Assembly: GCA_041740795.1 (NCBI GenBank)
Contig: JBGSLH010000008.1
Span: 15,860-79,859 of the forward strand
Source of the DNA: Minisyncoccia bacterium
GTDB lineage: Bacteria > Patescibacteriota > Minisyncoccia > Phycocordibacterales > JAACPR01
Length of the DNA stretch: 64,000 nt
Reading direction: 5' to 3'
The notes beneath the pieces were generated by a model that saw only the letters and a program-made list of their open reading frames with translations, had not been told where the DNA came from and did not search any database. How positions within the stretch are numbered: the first letter of the stretch is position 1; each line of letters starts with the position of its first letter. Made by a program: the position numbers and the translations under genes. This document shows positions 39,613 to 47,477 of the stretch, one piece after another.

Positions 39613-40119
39613 ATGAAAAACAACAACTACAAGATAATAATCCTCGGACCTCAATGCTCAGGCAAAACAACTCTCAAGAAATATCTCTTAAAAGAAAATC
39701 CTGATCTCCCGCTTAGAGAAGAAGATGAGATGTTTCCTGATTTAAATGGAGGAACATATCCTACTGACCTTGAATACAAAGAAAATGTTTTACGACCAAA
39801 ACTTGAAACTGAGATAAAGCAATCAGAAAACCTTATATTTCTATCAAGTTACTGCAGCAGGCCTTTACTGCAAGAACTTAAATCTGAAGGTTTTAAGATT
39901 ATTCAGCTTGTACTTGAAAGGGATGAATTTAATAAAAGAAACGAAAGAAGAATGGAAGAAGAAGGATATGACGACGCGAATGTGTGGGCAGATCATATTT
40001 TCAACTTCCATCAAGACGTTAGAGATAAGGGCTGGGTTGATTTGGAAATTAATGTGAATCAACCGATTGAAGATGTTGCAGGTAAGGTGCTTGGTTTTTT
40101 AAAACAAACAGTAAGATAA
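39613..40119 (+). CDS. P-loop nucleotide-kinase-like protein
   Basis: IILGPQCSGKTT. Confidence 0.75.
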   Translation: MKNNNYKIIILGPQCSGKTTLKKYLLKENPDLPLREEDEMFPDLNGGTYPTDLEYKENVLRPKLETEIKQSENLIFLSSYCSRPLLQELKSEGFKIIQLVLERDEFNKRNERRMEEEGYDDANVWADHIFNFHQDVRDKGWVDLEINVNQPIEDVAGKVLGFLKQTVR

Positions 40120-40137
40120 ATTTGTTATACTTTTATT

Positions 40138-40632
40138 ATGCAAATAAAAGAAATAACTATCAATGAATGGAGGGAATTCTCAGATCTTTATCTACAACTC
40201 TTAAAAAACGATCCAGATGCCTTTGTTGATGATTATGAAGATATTAAATTGCGTACACAAGAAGACTGGGTAAAGAGTCTTGAAGAAAGAGGAAAAACGT
40301 TTGTTGCAATAGAAGATGGAAAATATGTTGGTATGGGTCGAGTAAACTTTTATGAAGAAATTCCTGGTGTTCCTGTACTTCACAAACTAGGTGTTCTTCC
40401 TGAGTATAGAGGAAGGGGAATTGCACATGCTCTTATTGATGCCAGAGAAAAATGGGCACTTTCTGAAGGTGCTCAGAAAATCAGACTATGTGTGATGGCA
40501 AACAAAGATCAGACAATAGAATTTTCAAATAAGAATGGCTATTTAATAACTGAAACTCTAAAGGGAGATATTGAGAGAAAGGATGGAACTTGGGCAGATG
40601 TAGTTGTTATGGAGAAGGATTTGGTAGACTAG
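40138..40632 (+). CDS. GNAT acetyltransferase
   Basis: LGVLPEYRGRGIA. Confidence 0.9.
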   Translation: MQIKEITINEWREFSDLYLQLLKNDPDAFVDDYEDIKLRTQEDWVKSLEERGKTFVAIEDGKYVGMGRVNFYEEIPGVPVLHKLGVLPEYRGRGIAHALIDAREKWALSEGAQKIRLCVMANKDQTIEFSNKNGYLITETLKGDIERKDGTWADVVVMEKDLVD

Positions 40633-40660
40633 TTCCAACTTCGTTCCAGACGGCCAGCAA
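40632..40660 (+). repeat. 29-bp cassette-boundary motif
   Basis: GTTCCAACTTCGTTCCAGACGGCCAGCAA starting at the G of the GNAT stop codon. Confidence 0.8.
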
Positions 40661-40712
40661 AAAAGTTAACAAAGTAAGTTATTTAATTTAAAAAATTGAT
40701 ATACTTAAAAAC

Positions 40713-41510
40713 ATGATTAAATTTAATGAAGTTACATGGTACTCAAAATTAGCAGCTGTACTATTTTTTATCGGAGTGCTACCTATTCTAACTTTTTATA
40801 TTGGTGTTCAGTATCAAAAAACAAATTCAATACTTACTACTGATATACAAAAAAATCCCGAACAAAAAAATAATATAGATTTGGATACTGAGAATAAAAT
40901 TAGTTATGAAACTGTAGAAATTAATAATTTTAAGATTCCTCAAATTAAAAATTTTCATAATAATGCCATTGAACAGAAAGTTAATAATTATCTAACTGAT
41001 GTGGCTAAAAATTCAACTTGTAGTGATGTACCTTCTTCTGGAAATAATTATTACAATCTGGATATGAAAGTTTCATATGCAAAGAATGATATATTCAGTA
41101 TAAGTATCCATTCATCTTGGTATTGTTCAGGTCCATATCCTACAAATGATTCAAACAACTCACTCACCTTTGATATGAAAACCGGAGAAGTTGTACCATT
41201 TGCTAAATTATTTTCTAACTATGAAAAGGATAGAAAGACTATCATGTCTTTAATTTTTTCAGAGCAGATACAAAAGACCAGTGGTGCACCGAGCGATCAA
41301 TCATGCAATGGGATTTATTCTATGAAAAACGAAGGGCGTGATACTGGTGATTACTTTAAGTCCATTGATTATAACATTGAGAGTTCAGGACTCTCAGGAC
41401 AGCCATCATTTCCCCATGTTATAGAAGCATGTTCTGAGATTGGATACGTTTCGATTGAACAACTTAGACCATATTTTGACTCTTCGAGTTTGTTGGGTCG
41501 AGTAAATTAG
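40713..41510 (+). CDS. exported DUF4163/DUF3298 (PdaC/RsiV-like) protein
   Basis: N-terminal TM, IPQI, SLTFDMKTGEVV. Confidence 0.65.
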   Translation: MIKFNEVTWYSKLAAVLFFIGVLPILTFYIGVQYQKTNSILTTDIQKNPEQKNNIDLDTENKISYETVEINNFKIPQIKNFHNNAIEQKVNNYLTDVAKNSTCSDVPSSGNNYYNLDMKVSYAKNDIFSISIHSSWYCSGPYPTNDSNNSLTFDMKTGEVVPFAKLFSNYEKDRKTIMSLIFSEQIQKTSGAPSDQSCNGIYSMKNEGRDTGDYFKSIDYNIESSGLSGQPSFPHVIEACSEIGYVSIEQLRPYFDSSSLLGRVN

Positions 41511-41538
41511 TTCCAACTTCGCACCAGACGGCCAGCTA
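41510..41538 (+). repeat. 29-bp cassette-boundary motif
   Basis: GTTCCAACTTCGCACCAGACGGCCAGCTA starting at the G of the stop codon; 26/29 identical to 40632. Confidence 0.8.
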
Positions 41539-41575
41539 GTTTGAGATAGGTTATTGTGCTCGAAAAAACTATATT

Positions 41576-42214
41576 ATGCTAGAAGAACATAGAAAAATTA
41601 TTGAAAATTCAATTAATGACGCTTTTAACTTTCGTAAGGAATTTTCAGATTTTGAAATCAGTAGTAATTTTCAGCTACTAACAACACAACTGGACCTATT
41701 TAAAGTAATTGCAGGCTTAGTTATTGGAGTAGCTAGCATCGGATATATCTATAATGAAAATCTTAATAGTAGTTTTTTAGGAGTCTCGGTGTTCTTCGCT
41801 TTGATAACATTAATTCTTTCCGTTTCCTATACCAGAGAAGTGATTGACTTACAAGCCAAACAAAATAAAGAAACAGGGGTAAATATCTTTAATAAAACAG
41901 AAGAACATATAAATGTTGCCCTAAAATCACTAAAAGAAAATGATTCAAATATATTTTTTGATTATGCAAAGGAGCGCCTGAACGATAAGTACCCAGAACC
42001 TCAACTTAATTACATTGGTGAAATTGTCATTTTCATTTTCTACCTTTCATTAGGGAGCCTAGTAATGGCTCTTATTTCATCTAAATACAAATTTGGAATA
42101 GTTTCTTGCCAATCAATAATAGCAATCACAATAGTATACCTAGCAAGTTTTAAAAATTGGACCACACCATTATCAAACTTACTAAGTATCAATTTAACTA
42201 AAAAACCTAAATAA
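41576..42214 (+). CDS. hypothetical membrane protein
   Basis: About four TM segments. Confidence 0.7.
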   Translation: MLEEHRKIIENSINDAFNFRKEFSDFEISSNFQLLTTQLDLFKVIAGLVIGVASIGYIYNENLNSSFLGVSVFFALITLILSVSYTREVIDLQAKQNKETGVNIFNKTEEHINVALKSLKENDSNIFFDYAKERLNDKYPEPQLNYIGEIVIFIFYLSLGSLVMALISSKYKFGIVSCQSIIAITIVYLASFKNWTTPLSNLLSINLTKKPK

Positions 42215-42363
42215 AATAATCGAAAACAGTTATTTACTACAATGAATCTAAAAACAAGTTCTTGGATTCAAAAGGCCTAGATTTTAGTAAAAATTACAAC
42301 GCTCAAGACACGTAGAAATAATATGCTGAAATGGTTAAAAATAACCTTGTAGGGTAACAAAAA

Positions 42364-42387
42364 GGTTCTAGCTCAAAGACGCCAGCA
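42364..42387 (+). repeat. 24-bp att-like motif
   Basis: GGTTCTAGCTCAAAGACGCCAGCA, same length and ends as 37115. Confidence 0.6.
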
Positions 42388-42513
42388 ATATTGACTTTTT
42401 TATTACTAATGTCATAATGCATTTCAAAGTTCCTGTAGTTTCGCGTGCAGCAGTGAGAATGTTTTGTGAATTTTCTCTCTGCTTCATGTGAAGCTCAACA
42501 ACAATACAAGACC

Positions 42514-43179
42514 ATGGAACGTACAATTAGCACCGGAGTATTCGACCGACAAGGAAGAGACAGTATCAGTGGCCCGTTTTTCTACGCGGCTCTCACGGCA
42601 TCCCTTCTTTGGGGACTGGTAGTCACAGCAATCGTGGCCCATAAAGTTATCGCCTCCCAATATCAACCGGGTCTCTGGGAGATTCTGTTGCTCGGTTTGG
42701 CGCTTCCTATCGTCGGAATTATCGTTGCATTAAAGAGCGATAACCCGATTGTCTCATTTATTGGTTACAACATGATCGTGATTCCATTCGGAATTATCCT
42801 AGGACCTGCGGTTAACCACTACAGCCAAGACGTCATCAGGAACGCTTTCATGCTTACTGCAATAATCACATTCGTCATGGGCTTTGCTGGAACCTGTTTC
42901 CCGAGGCTCTTTGAGAATATGGGAGCGCCGCTTCTGCTGAGTCTTGGGGCACTGGTGCTCGTGAGAGTTGCCCAGATCTTTATCCCTGAAATGCAGTCAC
43001 TCGGCTTCATTGATTACATCGCGGCGGGAATCTTTTCGCTGTACATTGGCTACGACATGTATCGTGCCAGTGTTGTGCAAAAGAGTCTCGACAGTGCGGT
43101 TGATATCTCGGTGGACCTCTATCTTGATATCATCAACCTGTTTCTGAACCTGTTGCGAATCATGGGCAATAAAAAGTAA
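42514..43179 (+). CDS. Bax inhibitor-1/YccA-family membrane protein
   Basis: About 7 TM, IFSLYIGYD, DLYLDIINLFLNLLRI. Confidence 0.9.
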   Translation: MERTISTGVFDRQGRDSISGPFFYAALTASLLWGLVVTAIVAHKVIASQYQPGLWEILLLGLALPIVGIIVALKSDNPIVSFIGYNMIVIPFGIILGPAVNHYSQDVIRNAFMLTAIITFVMGFAGTCFPRLFENMGAPLLLSLGALVLVRVAQIFIPEMQSLGFIDYIAAGIFSLYIGYDMYRASVVQKSLDSAVDISVDLYLDIINLFLNLLRIMGNKK

Positions 43180-43265
43180 AGACACTGAAAGGCTCAACTG
43201 ACACATCCCAAATCATAAACCCACCTAGCTTGTAATGGTGGGTTTTCTTTTACTCATTGATTATA

Positions 43266-43294
43266 GTTCAAACTTCGTACTAACACTTCAGCAA
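43266..43294 (+). repeat. 29-bp cassette-boundary motif (degenerate)
   Basis: GTTCAAACTTCGTACTAACACTTCAGCAA. Confidence 0.6.
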
Positions 43295-43349
43295 TTTAAA
43301 AAAGTTTGAATAAAATACTGAAGGGTGGTTTTGTAGTATAATTATATGT

Positions 43350-43796
43350 ATGATTGATTTAGATTTTATCGGACTATTTATATTTATTGCAGGATTTATT
43401 ATTGGACTTGGAGCAGTAACTGTTATTGATATCCATGGCTTCTTGGGCAGGAAGTCAGGGTATTGGACAGGAGCAACAATACAAACCCATAAAGTTACTA
43501 AACCACTTATTTGGCTAGGTATCGTTTTTGCTGGCATAGGGGGTTCTATTTTTTATAGAAACGTACCTTTTTCTGGTATTCCTTTGTACCATGCACTTAT
43601 TGCAGGAACACTGATACTTAATGGATTATTCTTATCATGGTATGTAAGTCCATTCTTGCTTCTTCAAGAGAAAGAAGGTCGACAGACAGAACTATTGCCA
43701 CAATCGCTTCAAAATAAAATCATGGTAAGTTTGATAATTTCTGACATTGGATGGTGGGGAGGATTGCTACTTTTGGTTCGGTATATTGTTGTTTAA
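43350..43796 (+). CDS. hypothetical 4-TM membrane protein
   Basis: Hydrophobic ORF; TATAAT 7 nt before ATG. Confidence 0.75.
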   Translation: MIDLDFIGLFIFIAGFIIGLGAVTVIDIHGFLGRKSGYWTGATIQTHKVTKPLIWLGIVFAGIGGSIFYRNVPFSGIPLYHALIAGTLILNGLFLSWYVSPFLLLQEKEGRQTELLPQSLQNKIMVSLIISDIGWWGGLLLLVRYIVV

Positions 43797-43874
43797 AAGA
43801 TTATTTGAATTCGCACAACTGTCAGTTTCTTTGATTAAAGTTTTTTGTTGGGTCTCACTAAGGTTGCCGCTGAT

Positions 43875-43955
43875 CCGAGTTGTCCAGCTCGTTCTTAACA
43901 CTTTAATTTCAATTTTATTTTTATATACCTGTCGAGAATGTGGAATTTTTAGAAT
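43875..43955 (+). repeat. long-form boundary repeat
   Basis: CCGAGTTGTCCAGCTCGTT...TTTATATACCTGTC. Confidence 0.7.
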
Positions 43956-43999
43956 TTAAAAAACCACCCTCTCTTTTGAAGGGGTGGTAGGATCGGTTT

Positions 44000-44563
44000 T
44001 TAAATGATACCAGAAATAATTTGAGCCATATCTTCTTTTCGGGTGTATTTTTTTAACGAACGAAGACATGAACGAGCATTTCTCCAGCACTCTGAAACAT
44101 TGAAGTGATTTCGGACTTCGGTTCTTTCGTGATAGAGATTTCCTCCGTGTGCACAGTACACTGTTCCGCTTGTAGGTAAGAGTAACGCGGACGTAGTTGA
44201 AATCATTCCCATGGGATATGGATCAATAATTGCACCATCAGGAGTACGAAGCCAAGAGTGGTTGCTTTGAACAATTGTAACTTGAGTTTCTCCAGGAACA
44301 AGTTCGAGACCAATAAGGTATCCATCAACAAGAGTGAGATCTTTGGAAATCAGAGAAATCATTTTTGAAATAGAATGACACTCCATTTGTCTTAATCTCC
44401 ATTCTGAATCCGTAGCTTTTTGTCTTCCACCAATAAAACAAAGAGTTCTGAGGATAATGCAAACTTGCATAAGAAGATCTTCGTCTTGTTTGGTAACGGC
44501 GTGTGTGTTCGCATTGTCGAAGTACATATAAAAGCACATTACAATATACTTAGAATATGTCAA
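44000..44563 (-). CDS. hypothetical protein
   Basis: 187-aa ORF, HSWL...IIDPYP motif; start uncertain. Confidence 0.6.
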   Translation of the reverse strand: MTYSKYIVMCFYMYFDNANTHAVTKQDEDLLMQVCIILRTLCFIGGRQKATDSEWRLRQMECHSISKMISLISKDLTLVDGYLIGLELVPGETQVTIVQSNHSWLRTPDGAIIDPYPMGMISTTSALLLPTSGTVYCAHGGNLYHERTEVRNHFNVSECWRNARSCLRSLKKYTRKEDMAQIISGII

Positions 44564-44578
44564 TTTTTAGTTAAGTTA

Positions 44579-44606
44579 GTTCCAATTTCATCCAAGAGCC
44601 CAGTAA
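44579..44606 (+). repeat. 28-bp cassette-boundary motif
   Basis: GTTCCAATTTCATCCAAGAGCCCAGTAA, close to 37799. Confidence 0.7.
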
Positions 44607-44667
44607 ATAAATCAAACAATGTCTATTTTATGCTCGGACTATAATTCAACTGTAGTATCATATAGAT

Positions 44668-45291
44668 ATGAATAATATTTTAATAATCATTTTTGGAATT
44701 CTCATTCTCTGGAGTGTCTGGGGATATTTTTCATCAAGAGTTGAACAGACTGAATATTCCGTACTGAAGAATATGAAAGGATATGAAATTCGTGAATATC
44801 CTTCTCATGTTGTTGCTCAAACAAGAGTTGAAGGATCATATGATGAAGCACTCAACAATGGATTTGGTATTGTAGCGGGATACATTTTTGGTGGCAATAT
44901 AAAGCGTGAGAAGATTGCTATGACCGCACCAGTTATGGCAGAAAAGCAGTCGTCAGAAAAAATAGCGATGACAGCTCCTGTTCTTGCAACTGTGGATGGT
45001 GATGTGCGTATAGTTTCCTTTGGTATGCCAAAAAAATATACGCTTGAATCTCTCCCTGTTCCGAGTGATCCTCGGGTGGAGCTAGTGCAAGTTCCCACAA
45101 AGAAAATGGCGGCATTGCGTTTTTTGTGGTTTAGAACTACTGACCGTGTGCATAGTCTTGAAAATAAGCTGATGACACTATTGGTAAACGACAAGATAGA
45201 AATGATCGGAGCTCCCGTGTATGCGGGATACAACGCTCCTTGGACACCACCGTGGATGACACGAAATGAAATACTCATTGAAATAAAATAA
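44668..45291 (+). CDS. SOUL heme-binding protein
   Basis: YEIREYP, AGYIFGGN, KIAMTAPV (twice), YNAPWTPP..RNEI. Confidence 0.92.
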   Translation: MNNILIIIFGILILWSVWGYFSSRVEQTEYSVLKNMKGYEIREYPSHVVAQTRVEGSYDEALNNGFGIVAGYIFGGNIKREKIAMTAPVMAEKQSSEKIAMTAPVLATVDGDVRIVSFGMPKKYTLESLPVPSDPRVELVQVPTKKMAALRFLWFRTTDRVHSLENKLMTLLVNDKIEMIGAPVYAGYNAPWTPPWMTRNEILIEIK

Positions 45292-45412
45292 TCATGAACA
45301 TATCGCACCTTCCAATCCTCGACTTCTATAGAGTGAATTAAGGGACGAATATGATACAATTTAATCATTGTTTTTGTTAAAAACAATGATTAAAAATTAA
45401 ATTAAAATAACT

Positions 45413-45823
45413 ATGAAAAAAGCAATCCTATCATTTTTATTGTTAGCATTGATTGCACCTAGTATATCTTTTGCTGCAAAAGACGTACGAGATACAACTT
45501 GTGTTAAGAATGCAGTTGATACACGAGAAAGTTCAATCATCTCTGCTTTCAGCAAATTCAATACATCAATTGTATCTGCCTTAGAAAAAAGAAAAAGTAG
45601 TTTGAGTGATTCTTGGTCAAAAACAGAAAGTGCTGAAAGAAAATCAACACGAAAATCTGCTTGGGCTAACTTTAAATCAGAGAAAAAAGCAGCAGCGAGC
45701 ACCTATAATTCAGCACGAAAATCTGCTTGGTCTACATACAAAAATACAGTAGTCAGCACATGTAAAGTTCCAGAAGCAGCTGTTGAAGAAACAGAAAAAA
45801 CATCAGTAGAACCAACTTTATAA
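45413..45823 (+). CDS. secreted helical hypothetical protein
   Basis: Signal peptide, repeated RKSAW. Confidence 0.75.
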   Translation: MKKAILSFLLLALIAPSISFAAKDVRDTTCVKNAVDTRESSIISAFSKFNTSIVSALEKRKSSLSDSWSKTESAERKSTRKSAWANFKSEKKAAASTYNSARKSAWSTYKNTVVSTCKVPEAAVEETEKTSVEPTL

Positions 45824-45897
45824 TAAAATAATTTTAAAATAGAGTTTTGATCTAACAAAAACTCCCTTTAGGGAGTTTTTGTTTTATACGAAAGTAA

Positions 45898-45936
45898 GTA
45901 AAGACAACTTTACATTCATATTTCAGTAAGTTATAA
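45898..45936 (+). promoter_or_regulatory. operator GTAAAG-N4-CTTTAC over -35 of promoter
   Basis: GTAAAGACAACTTTAC; TTTACA-17-TATAAT. Confidence 0.75.
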
Positions 45937-45954
45937 TCTTGATATTCAAAATGT

Positions 45955-46167
45955 ATGCAAGAGAAGATAAAAAACGAAGTAATCAAATACAGAACAGAGA
46001 TGGGTGTGACTCAGGAGGATCTCGCAACCGGAGTGAATGTCAGTCGACAGACTATCATCGCACTGGAGAAAGGAAACTACACACCATCAATTTTACTAGC
46101 TCTAAAAATCGCTGGTTTCTTTAAGATGCCTGTCGAGCGAATATTCAAGATATCATATGAAAAATAA
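45955..46167 (+). CDS. XRE-family regulator
   Basis: TQEDLA..VSRQTIIALEKGNYTPSILLALKIA. Confidence 0.92.
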   Translation: MQEKIKNEVIKYRTEMGVTQEDLATGVNVSRQTIIALEKGNYTPSILLALKIAGFFKMPVERIFKISYEK

Positions 46168-46531
46168 TCCAAATGGAATAATCAGGGAAACCATTGTCAC
46201 GGCGGCTCTCGTCATACTTGCGATTTTGCTACTCAACCCTTTTCATTTTTGGATGCCAGACATGATGGTAGTGTGTATGCTCGCTATAATACTTGGACTT
46301 TTTGGAATATTTGCGAGTTTCATTCTCCGTGAAAGTATGATTGATGAGCGTGACGGTCAGCATCGGACGCTTGCAGGACGAAACGCATTTCTCGCAGGAG
46401 CAGGAGTGCTTACTCTTGGAATCGTCATACAAGGATATATGTATACAGTTGATCCGTGGCTTGTTGCAGCTCTTGTTGTGATGGTCATTGTTAAAATTGG
46501 TACTCGAATCTGGAGTGACAAGAACCTGTAG
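46157..46531 (+). CDS. membrane protein (DUF2178-like)
   Basis: 4 TM with DER motif, overlapping the XRE gene. Confidence 0.7.
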   Translation: MKNNPNGIIRETIVTAALVILAILLLNPFHFWMPDMMVVCMLAIILGLFGIFASFILRESMIDERDGQHRTLAGRNAFLAGAGVLTLGIVIQGYMYTVDPWLVAALVVMVIVKIGTRIWSDKNL

Positions 46532-46551
46532 CATAAAGTTGTCCACACAGT

Positions 46552-46594
46552 AATGTAAAGTATACTTTACATTTGTTTCTACCTCCTGCATACT
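46552..46594 (+). promoter_or_regulatory. operator/promoter copy 2
   Basis: 22-bp palindrome AATGTAAAGTATACTTTACATT; TTTACA-17-CATACT. Confidence 0.8.
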
Positions 46595-46630
46595 TAATCT
46601 ATTATTAGTAGTATTAATTTATAAAAATAT

Positions 46631-46810
46631 ATGATGGATAAAAAAATGATGGCTAAAGAAATGATGGAAATGTCAAAAAGTATGATGGAAATGGGTATGG
46701 CTATGGATAAGGATATGATGGAAATGCCTATGGATAATGGCATGATGGAGATGGGTGAAAAGATGATGAAGATGTCTAAGGATATGATGGAGATGGGTAA
46801 GGATATGTAG
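46631..46810 (+). CDS. 59-aa methionine-rich peptide (26 Met), absent from ORF track
   Basis: MMDKKMMAKEMMEMSKSMMEMGMAMDKDMMEMPMDNGMMEMGEKMMKMSKDMMEMGKDM; own promoter/operator. Confidence 0.8.
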   Translation: MMDKKMMAKEMMEMSKSMMEMGMAMDKDMMEMPMDNGMMEMGEKMMKMSKDMMEMGKDM

Positions 46811-46840
46811 GAAATTTAGATTAAAATAAAGTTATCCACT

Positions 46841-46889
46841 AAAACAAATGTAAAGTATACTTTACATTTGTTTTTCTTTCCTCTATACT
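46841..46889 (+). promoter_or_regulatory. operator/promoter copy 3
   Basis: 34-bp palindrome AAAACAAATGTAAAGTATACTTTACATTTGTTTT; TTTACA-17-TATACT. Confidence 0.8.
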
Positions 46890-46926
46890 AATAGGTATAT
46901 AAGTAATTAATAGATAATAAAATTTT

Positions 46927-47472
46927 ATGAATAAAAACACAGGAATTATTATTGGGATCATTGCATTCGTGATTATTGCAGGCGGTGTCTATGCATCTAT
47001 GAACAATAACGATGATGCGATGATGGAAAAAGAAAACATGGAACAGAAGGCTATGGAAGAAAAAAAGATGGCTGACGAGAAGGTTTTGATGGAAAAAAAA
47101 GAAGACGAGATGGTGAATAAGGATGATACAAGCGTGATAGATAAAGGTGATGCCACAATGAAAGTTGGATCATACGAGGCATATAGTGCAGACAAGATTG
47201 CTCGTGCAGAGACTGGAGATGTCGTATTGTTTTTTCACGCTTCATGGTGTCCGTCATGTAGGAGTCTCAATTCAAATATCGAAGCTAATATGAGCTCAAT
47301 TCCAGAAGGAGTGACTATTTTGAAAGTGGATTACGATAAGGAGACAGAACTTAAGAAGAAATATGGTGTTACATATCAACACACACTTGTGCAAGTTGAT
47401 AAAGATGGAAACATGATAAAGAAATGGAGCGGTAGCTCAAGTCTCGACAATCTTGTGTCACAAATACAATAA
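46927..47472 (+). CDS. membrane-anchored thioredoxin with Met-rich linker
   Basis: N-terminal TM, AMMEKENMEQKAMEEKKM linker, FHASWCPSC. Confidence 0.9.
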   Translation: MNKNTGIIIGIIAFVIIAGGVYASMNNNDDAMMEKENMEQKAMEEKKMADEKVLMEKKEDEMVNKDDTSVIDKGDATMKVGSYEAYSADKIARAETGDVVLFFHASWCPSCRSLNSNIEANMSSIPEGVTILKVDYDKETELKKKYGVTYQHTLVQVDKDGNMIKKWSGSSSLDNLVSQIQ

Positions 47473-47477
47473 TAATT

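Larger units (their letters stand above)
17555..44606. mobile_element. tRNA-Gln-anchored genomic island (composite)
   Basis: Abrupt drop in GC after the tRNA, two serine recombinases, defence genes, 20/23-nt copy of the tRNA 3' end at 37115-37137 and further degenerate sites up to 44606; right boundary uncertain. Confidence 0.75.

Noticed and set aside
37799-44606. CRISPR array interpretation of the 29-bp motifs
   Set aside because: Copies are degenerate and separated by whole genes rather than ~30-40-bp spacers; no cas genes in the window
37021-44606. Classical integron attC sites
   Set aside because: No tyrosine integron integrase, no paired RYYYAAC/GTTRRRY boxes and no long imperfect palindrome, despite the TTC(C/T)AAC next to stop codons
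46539-46839. DnaA-box-like TTGTCCACA / TTATCCACT before the operators (oriC?)
   Set aside because: Only two imperfect boxes, part of the duplicated promoter block, with no dnaA context
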